Shown: positions 60,568 through 64,000 of the stretch, one piece after another
How the letters are laid out: each line of letters opens with the position of its first letter
Position numbering within the stretch: position 1 is the first letter of the stretch
Virus record (IMG/VR): IMGVR_UViG_3300013902_000015
Location: 661-64,660 of that record
Length of the DNA: 64,000 nt
Source: a virus
Lineage: Duplodnaviria; Caudoviricetes
Strand: one strand, 5' to 3'
Made by a program: the position numbers and the translations under genes
The notes under the pieces: generated by a model
What the model saw: the letters and a program-made list of their open reading frames with translations, nothing else
Database searches by the model: none
Told to the model about the DNA's origin: nothing

Positions 60568-60621
60568 GCAAATGCTTAACTATTATTACGCAATTAAGAT
60601 TTATTAACTAAACATTTGCGT

Positions 60622-61035
60622 ATGGAAACAATTAACGACCGAATGGAAATGCTTGTGAATGAGCGTTTTAATGGCAATAAGGCGGCATTTGCGAAATCAA
60701 TAGATATGTCGCCTACAAGTATGTCAAGTTACCTTGGCACAAAACGGCGTAGTAAGCCATCTGTTGATATGGTAGCTAAGATTGTGATAAATCTTGATGT
60801 AGATGCAAGATGGCTGCTTACCGGTGAGGAAACTACACAGCAAAGTGTAAATGCAAATATGCACGGCAATGTGACCGATAGTAACGTGGCAATAGGTAGC
60901 CATAATGCTGTCGGCAATGTCTCTGTTGGCGCAGATGCTGTGTTGTCCGAGCGTGTAAAGGCACTTGAAGCCCTGCTTGCAGAGAAAGAGAGGCTGATAA
61001 AAGTTTACGAGAAAATGGTGGAGGGGAAAGTATGA
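60622..61035 (+). CDS. CI-like XRE HTH repressor
   Basis: NKAAFAKSIDMSPTSMSSYL...KPSVDMVAKI...VDARWLLTGE, C-terminal coiled coil, no S24 peptidase motif seen. Confidence 0.8.
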   Translation: METINDRMEMLVNERFNGNKAAFAKSIDMSPTSMSSYLGTKRRSKPSVDMVAKIVINLDVDARWLLTGEETTQQSVNANMHGNVTDSNVAIGSHNAVGNVSVGADAVLSERVKALEALLAEKERLIKVYEKMVEGKV

Positions 61036-61706
61036 AGAATACATTTGCTTTTGTAGCACTTGCAACTTTGCTCGCATCATGCAGTTCAACTTCTGAGGAA
61101 GATGGTGGTAGTGTTGAGGCGTATTCCTGTTATGATTGTCTTTCAACCGAGAACGCAGCAACAACAGACCCGAATGTTTGGTTTAAAATACCAGATGCCG
61201 TGCTTGAGATATTCAAGCCTACTTTGGAAGAAGGCATAAGCGATTTGTATAAAGACACATTGGACTTGAAAACAACGGTTACGGATTATAGACTGGTATT
61301 GCGTAAATCTTCAGCTGAACTTGAAGTGAAGACAAATGCCAAGATGAAAGCAAGAGTATTACAAGGCAAAAAATGTTGGTATGTATTCAAAGCTGGAGTG
61401 TATCAAGTCAATGACGTTGATAAGTACGAGGTAAGGCAAGATGGTATCTATCTTGTAGGTAGTGGGGAGAAGTGGGTAAGTCTGAATGACTTCCGCTATC
61501 TTGACTACCCATCGGATGCTGTTATTTCCTCAGAAGATTTCATAAGGCGTTACACTACAATTTTGAAGGGTTCTGCTTCTGCCGATGTATTCTTTGTTAG
61601 CAAAGCAGATACGACATACAAGTGTAGTCGCATTTCCGACAAGGAGATACAACTTGACATGATTTCACCCAAGACGGAGGATTGTACTATACTTGACAAG
61701 GAATGA
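61032..61706 (+). CDS. Lipoprotein (lysogenic accessory)
   Basis: MKNTFAFVALATLLASC lipobox. Coupled to the repressor gene. Confidence 0.7.
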   Translation: MKNTFAFVALATLLASCSSTSEEDGGSVEAYSCYDCLSTENAATTDPNVWFKIPDAVLEIFKPTLEEGISDLYKDTLDLKTTVTDYRLVLRKSSAELEVKTNAKMKARVLQGKKCWYVFKAGVYQVNDVDKYEVRQDGIYLVGSGEKWVSLNDFRYLDYPSDAVISSEDFIRRYTTILKGSASADVFFVSKADTTYKCSRISDKEIQLDMISPKTEDCTILDKE

Positions 61707-61709
61707 GCA

Positions 61710-61925
61710 ATGGACAAGACTGAGGCTATTGGCTTCCTTTTCGTATTGCTAATCACTTTTCAATCAATTGGTGATATGTGCGAATGGGTTAGCAGTTTGC
61801 CTTATCCACAATGGGTAAAGGCTATCGGATATGTGTTTGCTTTAGCACTTTGGATTTGTGGAATGGCGTTCCTATATTTCGCAGAAAAGGCCATGCGTAA
61901 CAAGAAGAAAGATGATTATGAGTGA
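61710..61925 (+). CDS. Small two-helix membrane protein
   Basis: 71 aa, two hydrophobic segments. Confidence 0.55.
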   Translation: MDKTEAIGFLFVLLITFQSIGDMCEWVSSLPYPQWVKAIGYVFALALWICGMAFLYFAEKAMRNKKKDDYE

Positions 61926-62346
61926 AGATAAAGAGTTGGTAAAACTGAAAATGCTAATGGATGCCGTCAATGAAGCCAATGAAGAAAACCAAGAGGAGGA
62001 ACTTGACGATGAGGTGGACTTCTATTCAGAACTTAAAGAAGTAGCATGGAGTATTCTCCATGAGAACCCCGGAACAGATTTCGGGGATTGGCAAGATATT
62101 CTCATTGAGCAATACCCGACAGAGGTAGTGGATGCTCTTGGTACAAATCCTTTCGATGTCTTTGCGGAACTTTCAGATTGGTGGGAAAGCATGGGGTATG
62201 ATGATGGTATTACGGATTTGTGCTACACATTCCGGGACTGGGCAGAATACTTCGCCACCGAGCGGTCGGTGGAACTCTACGACCTGCTTGTTGAGGCAAA
62301 ACGCGAAATAAGGCGTTTAGAGAGCGAAAAATCTTCGAGACAATAA
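61918..62346 (+). CDS. Acidic hypothetical protein
   Basis: From MSEDKELVK, last gene of the repressor operon. Confidence 0.6.
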   Translation: MSEDKELVKLKMLMDAVNEANEENQEEELDDEVDFYSELKEVAWSILHENPGTDFGDWQDILIEQYPTEVVDALGTNPFDVFAELSDWWESMGYDDGITDLCYTFRDWAEYFATERSVELYDLLVEAKREIRRLESEKSSRQ

Positions 62347-62576
62347 AACCCTCATCGGAGTATAGAAAACTCGTCAGAGGAACAAAAAAATGGCTCTGCA
62401 AGGCATTTGCCACGCACGGTTGTAGTGCGAGTGATTTAAGAGAATAAATGCGATTTGGGCATAAAAAGTCGTCAAAAATCGGGTTCACTTACAAACATTG
62501 CGTAACTCCTTGAATTTACAGCGAGAAAAAACGCGGCGCAGGCTGCTGTGGAGGGGTAATTCTCCATCCTCCCACA

Positions 62577-62645
62577 CAAGCGCAATTTACAAGTCAGGCT
62601 GTAATCTTCCGTGTTTACGGGGGATTACAGCCTGGTTTGCGCTTG
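62577..62645. repeat. Long imperfect hairpin near the putative prophage boundary
   Basis: CAAGCGCAA/TTGCGCTTG outer stem and CAGGCTGTAATC/GATTACAGCCTG inner stem. Confidence 0.65.
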
Positions 62646-62720
62646 GGCGGTCCGCACATCTCGTCCGGCCGGAGCGTCTGTCATTTTCTGTTTCCAAGTC
62701 TCCAGAAGAAATGCCATGTC

Positions 62721-63395
62721 CTGAATAGCGGCAGCATCGAGAAATGGCTGCTGAGCACGCTGTCGGTGAGCAACTCCCTGCTTGAGAGCAAATCCATCAA
62801 GGATAGGATTATCCTCGAAGATGTGCCAAGCGGCCGAGAGTATCTAGAGCCTATTATTGATGCTATGAAGAAGAACCGCTTCATCCATATCAACTACTTC
62901 AACTACTGGAAGGGCGATACGCGCGACCACTATGTGATGCCGCTTTGCGTGAAACTGTTCCGTCAGCGCTGGTATATGGTCGGGCGCAACTGGCCGGCTA
63001 GCAGGGATATTGTCTTCTGCCTTGACCGCATCCAGGACTTCCGCTTGTCGAGCCACACCTTCGAATATCCCGAAGACTTTAACCCACAGGAATACTTCAA
63101 TGGCAGCATCGGCGTTATCCCCGGCGACAGTTGTGGTATCGAGAAGGTGAAAATCAAAGTCAGTGCCGCTCAGGCAAACTATCTTCGTGACCTGCCTCTT
63201 CACGAGTCACAACATGAGACGGAACAGACTGACGAGTACAGCGTCTTTGAACTGCAAGTCCGTCCCACCTTCGACTTCCAACAGGAACTGCTTATGAATG
63301 GTGACGACCTGGAGGTACTCGAACCACTCTGGCTACGCAAGGAGTTAGCCGGAAAGATAAAGCGCATGTGGAACAAGTATAAGGAGAATAAGTGA
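62721..63395 (+). pseudogene. WYL-domain protein, apparently lacking its N-terminal wHTH
   Basis: WLLSTLSVSN...IILEDVPSG.EYL..II.AM...PLCVKLFRQRWY...LDRI WYL/WCX pattern. No credible start or HTH upstream. Confidence 0.65.
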
Positions 63396-63490
63396 TGCAG
63401 AAAAATAGTCAATTCATCCAACAACGTGCATTATCTACACGTTAATGGAGTCATGAATTACAAATCTAACCAACAAGAATAATCGGCAAT

Positions 63491-63942
63491 ATGCAGGACT
63501 TTGCAGCAATAGATTTCGAAACAGCCAACAACGAACGGTCATCAGTCTGCTCTGTAGGCGTAGTCGTGGTGCGTGGTGGCGAGATAGTGGATAAATTCTA
63601 CTCGCTCATCAAACCCGAGCCGGAGTATTACAACTACTGGTGCAGCCAGGTGCATGGCCTATGTGCTGACGATACTGAAGATGCAAGATAACCGGCCTCC
63701 CTCTTGTGGCCCACAACAAAGTGTTCGATGAGAGTTGCCTTAAAGCCATCTTTCGCGTCTATCAGATGGACTATCCCGACTATGAGTTCTACTGCACCTG
63801 CGTAGCCTCACGCCGAGTATGGGCCAAAGGTCAGCATACCCTCGATGTCATCGCCGCCCGCTGCGGCTATGATTTGTCAAACCATCACCACGCCCTGGCC
63901 AACGCAGAAGCCTGCGCCGCCATAGCGTTGGAAATACTATAA
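63491..63942 (+). pseudogene. DEDDh 3'-5' exonuclease (Pol III epsilon-like), broken
   Basis: AIDFETAN ... stop at 63689-63691, then GLPLVAHN..FD in another frame. The Exo III motif reads HHALANA (Asp to Asn). Confidence 0.8.
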
Positions 63943-64000
63943 AACCTAAAATCCGCAACCTTATAGTTTAAGTAGATTTTGTATGCAAAAGAAAGAGTCT

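Larger units (their letters stand above)
1..62350. mobile_element. Temperate Bacteroidales-type prophage (left end outside window; right boundary approximate)
   Basis: Contiguous terminase, portal, capsid, lysis, replication, recombination and repressor modules. TAnnTTTG promoter elements. Non-phage-like decayed genes begin after ~62.7 kb. Confidence 0.9.

Noticed and set aside
62535-62576. tRNA/tmRNA 3'-end remnant as att core
   Set aside because: Only a loose GGAG/CTCC hairpin with no TTC-R-A T-loop, so it cannot be supported.
1-64000. CRISPR array, rRNA, integrase, second VR
   Set aside because: No regularly spaced repeats, rRNA-like sequence, recombinase motifs or additional TR-like copies were seen by eye. 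A self-alignment would be needed to fully exclude a second VR.

Overview
About 62 kb of this window is a largely intact temperate phage, and its left end lies outside the window. TAnnTTTG promoter elements and gene content suggest a Bacteroidales (Prevotella-like) host. From left to right it carries: putative ejection proteins; a ~6,580-aa polyvalent DarB-like protein (ParB-like, pyrophosphatase-like, N6-methyltransferase, SNF2 helicase and zincin-like motifs); portal; terminase (minus strand); scaffold and capsid; and a 2,690-aa adhesin/tail-fibre-like protein that is the target of a diversity-generating retroelement (VR 38105-38214, TR 39059-39168, RT 39206-40768). A RelE/HigB-XRE toxin-antitoxin pair sits between VR and TR, where avd usually is. 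Next come a lysis cassette, three paralogous adaptor-like genes and a minus-strand tail protein. A minus-strand early region follows, with a C5 methyltransferase frameshifted at a C12 tract, a DnaC-like ATPase, an initiator, HU, a SNF2 helicase, RecE/RecT-like genes and a tRNA-like element. It ends at a Cro/CI-type switch and lysogenic accessory genes. The last ~1.5 kb looks like decayed flanking DNA (a 5'-truncated WYL gene and a broken DEDDh exonuclease). No integrase or tape-measure gene is visible. All family assignments come from motifs read by eye, not from database searches.
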